Source: Promethearchaeota archaeon (GTDB lineage: Archaea; Asgardarchaeota; Lokiarchaeia; Sigyniarchaeales; SOKP01). From it: a DNA stretch of 59,390 nt. The DNA lies in NCBI GenBank assembly GCA_011364975.1, contig RDOE01000012.1:1-59390 (forward strand), given 5' to 3'. Shown piece after piece: positions 37,589 through 47,153 of the stretch. The notes under the pieces were generated by a model. That model saw nothing but the letters and a program-made list of their open reading frames with translations. It was not told the DNA's origin and did not search any database. Made by a program: the position numbers and the translations under genes. The stretch's first letter is position 1; the number at the start of each line of letters is the position of its first letter.

Positions 37589-39268
37589 ATGACTACTAAA
37601 TGTAAATACTGCTTTGTAACTGGCGGAGTTATGTCAGGAATAGGAAAAGGAGTAGTAACAGCCTGTATTGGTAAGGTTTTACAATTTAGAGGATTTAAAG
37701 TTTCGGTAGTTAAAATTGATCCTTATTTGAATGTAGATCCAGGAACATTAAACCCAATCGAGCATGGAGAATGCTTTATTACTGAGGATGTATGGGAGTT
37801 TAAGCCAGTTTTTGAATCTAATGAACGTTCCTATAGAATCTCGGAAATTGATCAAGATTTTGGAACTTATAGTAGAATTTTAGGTATTGAAATGCATCCT
37901 TCTCATAACATAACATCTGGCCAAATCTACCTTTCTACTATATTAAGTGAAAGAAAAGGTAAATTTTTAGGAAAAACCGTCCAATTAATACCTCACGTTA
38001 CAGATATAATTAAAAAACGGTTATTTGAAATTTCTGAAAAGGAAGAATTGGACGTATTATTAATTGAATGCGGAGGAACTGTAGGTGATTTAGAATCAAG
38101 TATCTTTTTAGAAGCGTTTCGTCAAATTAAATTAGAATACCCTAAGCACACTGCTTTTGTTCATGTGACTTTAGTACCCTATTCAAAAGCTGTTGGCCAA
38201 CAAAAATCAAAACCTACACAACATTCCGTAAAGATGCTTCAAAGTCTTGGATTACAACCAGATATTATAATTGGTCGAAGTGAAGTTCCTTTAGCAAAAG
38301 ATATTAAACGAAAAATTTCATTATATTCAAACGTTCCGGAAAAAGCAGTGATATCAAATCCAGATTTAGAAGTTGTATATGAGCTTCCTATCCTTTTTGA
38401 AGAACAAGGTTTAGGAGATATTATCTGTGAATTAATTGATTTGAAGGCAAAGCTAGTATCTTACAATGAAGTAACCAATTATTCTGAATGGGTAAAAATG
38501 GTCAAAATGTATAAAGAGGCTAACGAAAGTGTTAGAATTGGAATGCCTGGAAAATACTTTAACATTTCTGACTCCTATATCTCGATTAATGAAGCTTTAG
38601 AGCATGCTGGTGCTCATTTAGGGCAAAAAGTTGATTTAAAGATGATTAATATTACTGAAGATACAAATATTACAGAGGAATTAAGGGATTGTGATGGCAT
38701 ACTGTTAACACCAGGCTTTGGTGAAAGAGCAGTAGAAGGAATGATTCTCGCAGCTGAATTTGCAATGGAAAATAAAGTGCCTTTCCTGGGAATTTGTTTT
38801 GGAGCGCAACTTTTTTTCGCAGGTTTTTGTCGAAAATATTTAGGGTTAAAGGGCGCAAATTCTACTGAGATTGATCCAATAACACCTTATCCTGTTGTTG
38901 ATTTGTTAGAAAGCCAAAAATTAATTGATGAAATGGGAGGCACTATGCGACTGGGTTCTCAAAAAATCATTGTGGAAAAGAATTCAAAATTATTTAAAGC
39001 CTATAAGCAAACAGAGATTAAAGAAAGATTTAGGCATCGTTACCATATTAAAGAGCGATTCATTACAAAGGAGGCAATAGAAAAAGGATTACTAATTTCA
39101 AGCAGAGATCAAACCGGACAAATTATAAACAGTATAGAGTTAGATAGGAATGATCATTGGATGGTTGGAACGCAATTTCATCCAGAATTTAAATCGAGGC
39201 CTTATAAACCTTCCCCTGTCTATTATGATTTTATAAAAGAATGTATTAAATTTAAAAAACAACAGTAA
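37589..39268 (+). CDS. pyrG: CTP synthase
   Basis: TGGVMSGIGKG, KIDPYLNVDPGT, GKTVQLIPH and KPTQHSV; glutaminase GICFG and QFHPEF. Confidence 0.97.
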   Translation: MTTKCKYCFVTGGVMSGIGKGVVTACIGKVLQFRGFKVSVVKIDPYLNVDPGTLNPIEHGECFITEDVWEFKPVFESNERSYRISEIDQDFGTYSRILGIEMHPSHNITSGQIYLSTILSERKGKFLGKTVQLIPHVTDIIKKRLFEISEKEELDVLLIECGGTVGDLESSIFLEAFRQIKLEYPKHTAFVHVTLVPYSKAVGQQKSKPTQHSVKMLQSLGLQPDIIIGRSEVPLAKDIKRKISLYSNVPEKAVISNPDLEVVYELPILFEEQGLGDIICELIDLKAKLVSYNEVTNYSEWVKMVKMYKEANESVRIGMPGKYFNISDSYISINEALEHAGAHLGQKVDLKMINITEDTNITEELRDCDGILLTPGFGERAVEGMILAAEFAMENKVPFLGICFGAQLFFAGFCRKYLGLKGANSTEIDPITPYPVVDLLESQKLIDEMGGTMRLGSQKIIVEKNSKLFKAYKQTEIKERFRHRYHIKERFITKEAIEKGLLISSRDQTGQIINSIELDRNDHWMVGTQFHPEFKSRPYKPSPVYYDFIKECIKFKKQQ

Positions 39269-39464
39269 TTCATTTACTTCTTATTTAAATATCTAAAAAA
39301 TTTAGAATTTTCGAAGGATTAACTTTTATTAAAATATAATTCTTTCTTTTAAAGGGTAATCCATAAGTAATAAGAAAATAGTTAACAAATATTAGAGTCA
39401 TTTTTAATAATTTATCGTATTTCTATTACATAATTAAATATAAAAAGTAAAAATACTGATTAAA

Positions 39465-40910
39465 ATGCCATTAAAAACCCCAGAAGAATATTTGGAAAGT
39501 ATTAAACGCCCTGTAAATCTGTACATGTTCGGAGAAAAAGTTAAAGAATTTTGGAATCACCCGATTATCAAGCCTTCAATAAATACAGTAATGAAAATCT
39601 ATGAACTTGCTCAAAATGAACAATATAAAGACATCATGACGACAACATCTCATTTAACGGGTGAAATAATAAATAGATTTACCCATATTCATCAATCAAC
39701 TGATGACTTAATTAAAAAAGTAAAGATGCAAAGATTATTAGGGCAACATACTGCATGTTGTTTTCAAAGATGCGTTGGATTTGATGCGGCGAATGCGTTA
39801 TATAGTGTCACCTTTGAAATGGATAAAAAATGTGGAACTAATTATCATGATCGGTTTAAGAAATATTGGATTGAGGTTCAAAACCAAGATCTGATGGTAG
39901 ATGGCGCTATGACCGATACAAAAGGAGATAGAAGTAAAAGACCCGCAGAGCAGCCAGATCCTGATGCATATTTGCATATTGTCGATGAAAATGATGATGG
40001 AATAGTAGTTAGAGGAGCCAAAGTGCATCAAACAGGTTATCTCAATTCTCATCGTGCAATCATCATGCCCACTCTTGCTCTTAGACCTGGTGAGGAAAAT
40101 TACGCTGTAAGTTTTGGAATTGATACAAATGCAAAAGGAATCACTATGATATATGGACGGCAATCGTGTGATACACGGAAAATTGAAGAAGGAAAATTAG
40201 ATATTGGAAATTTCATGTTTGGTGGTCAAGAAATTTTCGTTGTTTTTGAAGATGTGTTTGTTCCAAAAAAAAATATTTTTATGAAAGGGGAAGTTGAATT
40301 TTCTGGAGAATTAGTCAATAGATTTGCTGGATTTCATCGACAGTCTTATGGTGGATGTAAAGTAGGAGTAGGAGATGTTTTAATAGGTGCCACAGCCTTA
40401 ATAGCAGAATATAATGGGGCAGATAAAGCATCCCACGTTAAAGACAAATTAGTTGAGATGACACATCTAAATGAAACATTATATAGTTGCGGTATTGCTT
40501 GTAGTTCCTTAGGTTTTCAGCGTGATGCAGGAAATTATGAAATGGATATGCTCTTAGCTAATGTTTGTAAACAGAATGTAACACGTTTTCCTTATGAGAT
40601 AGGGAGACTAGCAGAAGATCTTGCAGGAGGAATCATCTGTACTATGCCTTCTGAACTAGATATGAAATCGGAGGAAATTGGCCCATTAGTTGAAAAATAT
40701 CTCAGTACATGTGAAGGAATTTGCGCTGAAGATAGATATAAGGTTTTGAGATTTATTGAAAACCTTACTATGGGTGTAGCTTCTGTTAGTTATAGAACAG
40801 AGTCTATGCATGGAGCAGGCTCGCCTCAAGCTCAGAGGATAATGATTTCTCGTCAAGCTAATTTAGAGGAAAAGAAGAAACTAGTTAAAAAAATCCTTAA
40901 AATTGAATAA
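39465..40910 (+). CDS. abfD: 4-hydroxybutyryl-CoA dehydratase
   Basis: CFQRCVG, MTDTKGDRS, HRQSYGGCKVGVGD and ESMHGAGSPQAQR motifs. Confidence 0.9.
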   Translation: MPLKTPEEYLESIKRPVNLYMFGEKVKEFWNHPIIKPSINTVMKIYELAQNEQYKDIMTTTSHLTGEIINRFTHIHQSTDDLIKKVKMQRLLGQHTACCFQRCVGFDAANALYSVTFEMDKKCGTNYHDRFKKYWIEVQNQDLMVDGAMTDTKGDRSKRPAEQPDPDAYLHIVDENDDGIVVRGAKVHQTGYLNSHRAIIMPTLALRPGEENYAVSFGIDTNAKGITMIYGRQSCDTRKIEEGKLDIGNFMFGGQEIFVVFEDVFVPKKNIFMKGEVEFSGELVNRFAGFHRQSYGGCKVGVGDVLIGATALIAEYNGADKASHVKDKLVEMTHLNETLYSCGIACSSLGFQRDAGNYEMDMLLANVCKQNVTRFPYEIGRLAEDLAGGIICTMPSELDMKSEEIGPLVEKYLSTCEGICAEDRYKVLRFIENLTMGVASVSYRTESMHGAGSPQAQRIMISRQANLEEKKKLVKKILKIE

Positions 40911-41152
40911 TCCATTTTTTTTGATTAAATCTCTAAATAAAATTAATATATTATATTCATGCAAAATAGTGACCTATTTTTTTTTGAAATGACCTTAATT
41001 AAGTTTAAAATTTACTATTGAATAAATTTAGAAAATTGTCGTATGATATCTTAGAATTATCAACACTTTAACAGCTTAATAAATATTCTTAAAAAAAGTT
41101 ATATAATATCTTTATTTTAAGGATTAAAAAGAAGAAGAATATATTTTGTCTT

Positions 41153-42286
41153 ATGCTTTATAAGAAAGAAAGACCCGCTGTTTTAATATTTAAGGACGGT
41201 CGCTATTTTGAAGGGATCGGTTTTGGAGCGACCAAACAAGTAGAGGGAGAGATAGTTTTTACAACGATTACGGGAGCAGGATATAATGAAACGCTAACAG
41301 ATCCTTCTTATCAAGGTCAGATTGTTGTTATGACTCATCCTCTTGTTGGTAATTATGGAGTTCCAGCTTGGGAAAAAGATAAATATGGGATACATAAATA
41401 TTTTGAATCAGATTCAATAAAAGTTAGTGGGTTCGTAGTTAATGAATGTTGTAAAAATCCCAGCCATTTTGAAAGTGCAAAAACCTTAAATGAGTTCCTT
41501 TTAGAAGAAAATGTTCCTGGAATTGAATGGATTGACACTCGAGCAATTACTAAGATACTAAGAGAAGAAGGCGTTAAACTTGGGATATTGAAGGTATATA
41601 ATCCTGGGGACAGGCCTAATATCGAAAAATTAAAGGAAAAAGCAAAAGATGTTGAGGATCCTAATCTTCGACACCTAGCGAGTGAGGTATCGACAAAAGA
41701 AGTTAAAAGGTTATTACCATCTGATCCTAAAGGACGCGTTGTATTGATTGATTTGGGTGTAAAAAATAATATTTTACGGAATTTACTCCAACGACAAATC
41801 GAGATAATAATGGTTCCCTATGATTTTTCTTACGAGCAAATCATGAAATTCAAGCCAAATGGGGTTTTTATTTCCAATGGACCTGGTGATCCAGCAATAT
41901 ATGAAAAAGCAATCATTACTTCTAAAAAATTGATTGAAAACTCAATCCCTACAATGGGTATCTGTTTAGGGAATCAAATAATTGCTTTAGCTGCGGGAGG
42001 TACATCTTACAAGTTAAAATATGGTCACCGAGGTGGAAATAAGACAGTTATAAACCCTGAAACCAGACAATGTTATATTACTTCTCAAAATCACGGATTT
42101 TGTGTGAAAAGGTTTGAAGAAGAAGGATTTAAGGAATTTTTAATCAACATTGATGATAATTCAAATGAAGGGATTATCCATAAGGAAAAGCCTATCTTTG
42201 CGGTACAATTTCATCCTGAAGCATCTCCTGGACCTTTAGACTCTCTTTACTTATTTGATAAATTTTTAAATTATATGGGGTTATGA
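41153..42286 (+). CDS. carA: Carbamoyl-phosphate synthase small subunit
   Basis: LTDPSY, SNGPGDP, GICLG, SQNHG and QFHPEASPGP motifs. Confidence 0.97.
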   Translation: MLYKKERPAVLIFKDGRYFEGIGFGATKQVEGEIVFTTITGAGYNETLTDPSYQGQIVVMTHPLVGNYGVPAWEKDKYGIHKYFESDSIKVSGFVVNECCKNPSHFESAKTLNEFLLEENVPGIEWIDTRAITKILREEGVKLGILKVYNPGDRPNIEKLKEKAKDVEDPNLRHLASEVSTKEVKRLLPSDPKGRVVLIDLGVKNNILRNLLQRQIEIIMVPYDFSYEQIMKFKPNGVFISNGPGDPAIYEKAIITSKKLIENSIPTMGICLGNQIIALAAGGTSYKLKYGHRGGNKTVINPETRQCYITSQNHGFCVKRFEEEGFKEFLINIDDNSNEGIIHKEKPIFAVQFHPEASPGPLDSLYLFDKFLNYMGL

Positions 42287-45200
42287 TAATGCCATTAGAT
42301 AATACTGTTAAAAAAGCATTAGTTTTAGGTTCCGGAGGAATCCGTATTGGTCAAGCAGGAGAATTTGACTATTCAGGAAGTCAGGTATTAAAAGCTTTAA
42401 AAGAAGAAGGAATATATACCATTTTAATAAATCCGAATATTGCAACTATCCAAACGGACCCTGAATTATCTGATAGAGTCTATTTATTACCCGTGAATGT
42501 AAAATATGTCGAAGAAGTAATCAAAAAAGAAAAACCTGATGGCATTTTACTTGCTTTTGGTGGTCAAACTGCTTTAAATGTTGGAGTAGAGTTAAAAGAA
42601 CTAGGAATATTAGAAAAGTATAATCTCAGAGTTCTTGGTACCCCCATAGAAGCAATAGAGGCTACGGAGGATCGAGATTTATTTGTTCAAGCTATGAATA
42701 AGGCTAATGCAAAAGTTTGTCGTAGTAAGGCTGTTAATACTTACAAAGATGCAATTACCGTTGCTGAAAACTTTGGATTTCCATTAATGATTAGAGTCGC
42801 TTATACATTAGGTGGAAGAGGCTCAGGAATTGTTGATAATATGAAAGATTTTGAAAAGATGGCTAGAAAAGGATTAGCTCAATCACGAATAAATCAAATT
42901 TTAATTGAAGAATCGGTATGGGGATGGAAAGAAGTCGAATATGAAGTGGTCAGAGATGCTTTAGATAATTGTTTTATTAATTGTAACATGGAAAATTTTG
43001 ATCCCGTCGGTATTCATACAGGAGAAAGTATTGTTGTAGCACCAAGTCAAACCCTTACAAATCAAGAATACCATATGTTACGCTCTGCCTCAATCCGAGT
43101 AATAAGAAGTCTTGGAATAATCGGAGAGTGCAATATTCAATATGCTCTACATCCTTATTCAAAAGAATTTAGGGTAATCGAAGTAAATGCAAGACTCTCA
43201 CGCTCTTCAGCATTAGCCTCAAAAGCTACAGGCTATCCTTTAGCTTATATTGCAGCCAAACTAGCTATAGGATATAATTTACCAGAGCTTAAAAATAAAA
43301 TTACGGGGATCACAACAGCCTGTTTTGAACCAGCATTAGATTATTTAGTTCTTAAAATTCCAAGATGGGATTTAACAAAATTCCAGAAAGTGGATCGCCG
43401 AATAGGAAGTCAGATGAAATCGGTAGGCGAAGTGATGGCAATAGGAAGAACCTTTGAAGAAGTACTCCAAAAAGCAGTTAGGATGTTAGATATAGGGATG
43501 AAAGGATTAGTTACAAATGATTTAGCTCCGATTCAAGATATTAACGAATTGAAATATGAACTAAGAAATCCTACTGATCAACGCCTTTTCAGACTTGCTG
43601 AAGCGATAAAGAGAGAGATCTCTATTGATGAAATTTATAGGTTATCCAGAGTAGATAAATGGTTCTTATATAAATTAAAAAATATTGTGGATATTGAACG
43701 ACAGTTACAGGATATTAAATTATTAGAGACTGATGACAATGAAAAGAAATACTGGCTAATTCGAGCCAAGCGATTTGGGTTTTCTGATGGCCAATTAGCA
43801 AAGTTAATCGGAGTTAATACAATATTTATTCGACAGATGCGAAGAAGATTAGAGATTCAACCATATGTCAAACGCATTGATACATTAGCCGCAGAATGGC
43901 CTGCTATTACAAATTATCTTTACCTTACTTATAGTGCATCAGAACATGATATTGATTTTAATCAAGAAAATAAAAATGGATTGAAAAAAGTAATTGTCCT
44001 TGGGAGCGGAACTTATAGAATTGGGGCTTCAGTAGAATTTGATTGGGGGTCTGTAAATTGTTTATGGGGTTTGAAAAATCTAGGTGTAGACCAAGCAATA
44101 ATGATCAATTATAATCCTGAAACAGTTTCAACAGATTATGATATTTCGGATAAATTGTACTTCGAAGAGCTCTCAGGAGAAAGAGTGCTCGATATATGTG
44201 AACTTGAGAACGCTTTTGGGGTGGTAGTTTCTGCAGGAGGACAAATCGCTCAAAATCTTGCCTCAAAATTTGCAAAATATTCTGAATTTTTCCGTAAAAC
44301 TGGAATAAACATTTTGGGAACACATGGTAATAGGATTGATATGGCAGAGGATCGCGCAAAATTCAGTGCGTTGCTAGACCAACTCGAAATAAAGCAACCT
44401 CAATGGAAAATGTTAACTACTAATAAAGAGGCATTAGAATTTGCAAAAGAAGTAGAATATCCTGTATTGGTAAGACCATCTTATGTTTTAAGTGGGGTAG
44501 CTATGAGAGTATCATATGACGAATCAACACTTAAAGATACTCTTGATCTAGCTGCTACTATTTCGAAAGAGTATCCTGTAGTGATTACAAAATTTTTTAC
44601 GAATGCTCGTGAAGTGGAATGCGATGGTGTTTGTGACGGTGAGAATGTATTGATTGGAGCTATTGTTGAGCACATAGAGAATGCAGGAGTACATTCTGGT
44701 GATGCTAATATGGTAATACCTCCTCAAACGTTATCTAATGGAGTTATTGAAATAATTGAGAGTTATACCAAGAAGATTGCCTTAGCATTAAAGATCAAGG
44801 GTCCTTTTAATATACAGTACTTAGTGCAAGAGGAGGATGTATTTGTTATTGAGTGTAATTTACGTTCAAGTAGAAGTATGCCTTATGTTTCCAAAGCAAG
44901 AGGAATAAATTTGATGCGGCTCGCTGCCGAAATTATTATGGGAAAATTAATTCCTGAAAAACTATTGAATTTATCTTATGGTAATTATGTAGCAATTAAA
45001 ACTCCTATGTTTTCCTTTATGAGGCTTGATAAGGCAGATCCTATATTGGGAGTCGAGATGGCTTCAACAGGAGAGATTGGAGTCATTGGTGATAATTTTT
45101 CTGAAGCCCTTATAAAAGCTTTGGAAGCTGCTGAGCAAGAAATTCCTATTGAAGGGGGAAATATTCTGATTTCAGTAGGGGGAGAAGAATTGAAAGAAAG

Positions 45201-45600
45201 AATTATTCCTTTAGCAAAAAAGGTAAAGAATTTAGGATTTACTATTTTTGCAACTGAGGATACTAAAAAAACTTTTAATTATAATGGCATTGAAGCCGTA
45301 AAACTCTATAAAGTACATGAATCCGGTATGGAACCCAATATTATGAGTTGTTTACAAAATGGGCATATTGACATGGTTATTAATATCCCTATACCAACTA
45401 CAATTGAAGAAAAATTTAAAACGATTATGGAAGATGAATATCAAATTCGAAGAATGGCAGTAGACTTTAATATTCCAGTGATTACTAATCTACAGTTAGC
45501 AGAAGCTATAATCAATGCAATAGAATATATAAGATATAAGAATCCCTCAATTAAAGCTTTAAATGACTACCATAGAACATTAAAAACTACTTATTGGTAA
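42283..45600 (+). CDS. carB: Carbamoyl-phosphate synthase large subunit
   Basis: IGQAGEFDYSG, two ATP-grasp halves (EVNARLSRSS; ECNLRSSRS), NPETVSTDYD and a C-terminal MGS domain. Confidence 0.97.
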   Translation: MIMPLDNTVKKALVLGSGGIRIGQAGEFDYSGSQVLKALKEEGIYTILINPNIATIQTDPELSDRVYLLPVNVKYVEEVIKKEKPDGILLAFGGQTALNVGVELKELGILEKYNLRVLGTPIEAIEATEDRDLFVQAMNKANAKVCRSKAVNTYKDAITVAENFGFPLMIRVAYTLGGRGSGIVDNMKDFEKMARKGLAQSRINQILIEESVWGWKEVEYEVVRDALDNCFINCNMENFDPVGIHTGESIVVAPSQTLTNQEYHMLRSASIRVIRSLGIIGECNIQYALHPYSKEFRVIEVNARLSRSSALASKATGYPLAYIAAKLAIGYNLPELKNKITGITTACFEPALDYLVLKIPRWDLTKFQKVDRRIGSQMKSVGEVMAIGRTFEEVLQKAVRMLDIGMKGLVTNDLAPIQDINELKYELRNPTDQRLFRLAEAIKREISIDEIYRLSRVDKWFLYKLKNIVDIERQLQDIKLLETDDNEKKYWLIRAKRFGFSDGQLAKLIGVNTIFIRQMRRRLEIQPYVKRIDTLAAEWPAITNYLYLTYSASEHDIDFNQENKNGLKKVIVLGSGTYRIGASVEFDWGSVNCLWGLKNLGVDQAIMINYNPETVSTDYDISDKLYFEELSGERVLDICELENAFGVVVSAGGQIAQNLASKFAKYSEFFRKTGINILGTHGNRIDMAEDRAKFSALLDQLEIKQPQWKMLTTNKEALEFAKEVEYPVLVRPSYVLSGVAMRVSYDESTLKDTLDLAATISKEYPVVITKFFTNAREVECDGVCDGENVLIGAIVEHIENAGVHSGDANMVIPPQTLSNGVIEIIESYTKKIALALKIKGPFNIQYLVQEEDVFVIECNLRSSRSMPYVSKARGINLMRLAAEIIMGKLIPEKLLNLSYGNYVAIKTPMFSFMRLDKADPILGVEMASTGEIGVIGDNFSEALIKALEAAEQEIPIEGGNILISVGGEELKERIIPLAKKVKNLGFTIFATEDTKKTFNYNGIEAVKLYKVHESGMEPNIMSCLQNGHIDMVINIPIPTTIEEKFKTIMEDEYQIRRMAVDFNIPVITNLQLAEAIINAIEYIRYKNPSIKALNDYHRTLKTTYW

Positions 45601-45621
45601 TTATTTTCCAATATCTAAAAC

Positions 45622-45639
45622 TAAAATAAAAAAAAAAAA
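45622..45639 (-). terminator. T-tract terminator of the PAP2 gene
   Basis: Long A run on + (T run on -) directly after the stop at 45640. Confidence 0.45.
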
Positions 45640-46626
45640 TTAGCTTTTTCGGTTAATTTTTACAAAAATCCATGGAACTAATCCTACAAGTATAAAGGAA
45701 AGTATTAAGTACTGTAAAAAGTCCATTATCTGAGATTCAGGAAATAAACGACTCAAACCTAAGTAAAGAATTAAGGTAATAACGAGTCCGATTACTACAT
45801 TTATAATTCTTTGCATATTAGTTAAATTTCTAGGCTCATACTTAATTTTCTCAGTTTCAAAGACATATCCTAATGCTAAACCCATCATTGCACCAGTAAT
45901 CATTCCATAATCAACAGTTGAAGTTGGAAATATTAAGATCAGAATAACAAAAAGAGCTATTGGAATTATTACAGATAACACTATTTTAACAATCCAAGAA
46001 AGGCTAGCTACTTTTGGAGATATCTTTGGTTCTAATAGTATAAAAAAGATTAACCATAAGAATCCAAATGTTAATCCTCCCCAAACATCTTGTACATCAT
46101 GCACTCCGATAATTACTCTTGAACTTGCGATAACATACACTAGGATAGTGAAAATCCAGAATAAGATTTTATTTTTTTTCTGGTATGCTTCATAAGCTAA
46201 GTAGCCCCAAGTCGCAACAGCTTGTTGAGAATGTCCTGAGGGAAAACCAAATCCCTCCTCAACTGGTTCACTATCACGTATATTAGTATAGGGTCTAGGA
46301 TCTTGAAAAATGTCTTTTATAACCGAATTTATTAAATATGATCCAAATAACGAAAACGCTAAGTTTTTCCCGAGTTTCTTATCATACGTATACCAAACTA
46401 CAACAATTAGTAAAATGTATATAAGTGTGTCTCCTAATTCGGAAATCAATGAAAAAATTGTATAGGTTATACTACTATCATAAAAGAATTCATTAAACCA
46501 AATATTTAACCCCGAAAGTAATAATACCAGTCCAACTATAAACGTTATCGCCGCAAGAATTAAAATCTTAAGAATCAGATTTATATCTACTTGAGTTTCT
46601 TCATTCATTTTTGTTTCTTCGTTCAT
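45640..46626 (-). CDS. PAP2 family membrane phosphatase
   Basis: KDIFQDPRP, FPSGH and SRVIIGVHDVQD match PAP2 motifs C1-C3. Confidence 0.92.
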   Translation of the reverse strand: MNEETKMNEETQVDINLILKILILAAITFIVGLVLLLSGLNIWFNEFFYDSSITYTIFSLISELGDTLIYILLIVVVWYTYDKKLGKNLAFSLFGSYLINSVIKDIFQDPRPYTNIRDSEPVEEGFGFPSGHSQQAVATWGYLAYEAYQKKNKILFWIFTILVYVIASSRVIIGVHDVQDVWGGLTFGFLWLIFFILLEPKISPKVASLSWIVKIVLSVIIPIALFVILILIFPTSTVDYGMITGAMMGLALGYVFETEKIKYEPRNLTNMQRIINVVIGLVITLILYLGLSRLFPESQIMDFLQYLILSFILVGLVPWIFVKINRKS

Positions 46627-46630
46627 TTTT
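46595..46630. repeat. 18-bp tandem duplication spanning the PAP2 start codon
   Basis: gtttcttcattcattttt / gtttcttcgttcattttt (1 mismatch), encoding MNEETK-MNEETQ. Confidence 0.8.
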
Positions 46631-46871
46631 CACACATTTTTAAAATATGTTTACAACTTTTTTAGTTGTATATTCAAATATGGATCATGTTATATTTATA
46701 GCTTTACACTAATCCTACAAGTACACCTACTAAAATTACTAGTACTACTACTAGGTTTACTAGCACAAATTGAGTTTGCTTAACCATAACTGTTTTATTA
46801 ATAGAAAGTTTGAAAAAGTTTAAATCACTACTAAAAAGAATAGTTTAAAACAGCATTTTTGGTGTTGATTA

Positions 46872-47153
46872 ATTTACTACCGTGGATATATCTTAATTCG
46901 CTTGAAAATTATCGGGACTCAGTGGAAAATAGTTGAAAAGCTGAAAAAATTTCATCCTGAAGGAGACCAAGATTGGAAAATTACCTATACCTCTCCTACC
47001 TACGGTGGTTGGGATTTAATTATTGAATGTGCCTTTAATAATCTCGAAGACTTGGATAAAATTGTTTCATTTTGTAGATTCGATAATGAATTAAAGGATT
47101 GGATTGAAGCTACAACCACGTTAATAAGTATAAGAAAGAATTATAATCTTTAG
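46872..47153 (+). CDS. Lrp/AsnC ligand-binding (RAM)-like small protein, 93 aa, probable ATT start
   Basis: (I)YYRGYILIRLKIIG...TYGGWDLIIE...IEATTTLI fits the RAM ferredoxin-like pattern; the track start TTG 46902 cuts off strand 1. Confidence 0.7.
   Translation: MYYRGYILIRLKIIGTQWKIVEKLKKFHPEGDQDWKITYTSPTYGGWDLIIECAFNNLEDLDKIVSFCRFDNELKDWIEATTTLISIRKNYNL

Noticed and set aside
37790-37845. Intein or intron in pyrG
   Set aside because: Short in-frame insert with no Cys/Ser start, no His-Asn end and no evident bulge-helix-bulge.
46714-46766. CRISPR or iteron array
   Set aside because: Units are only 3-7 bp and irregular, with no spacers and no cas or rep genes.
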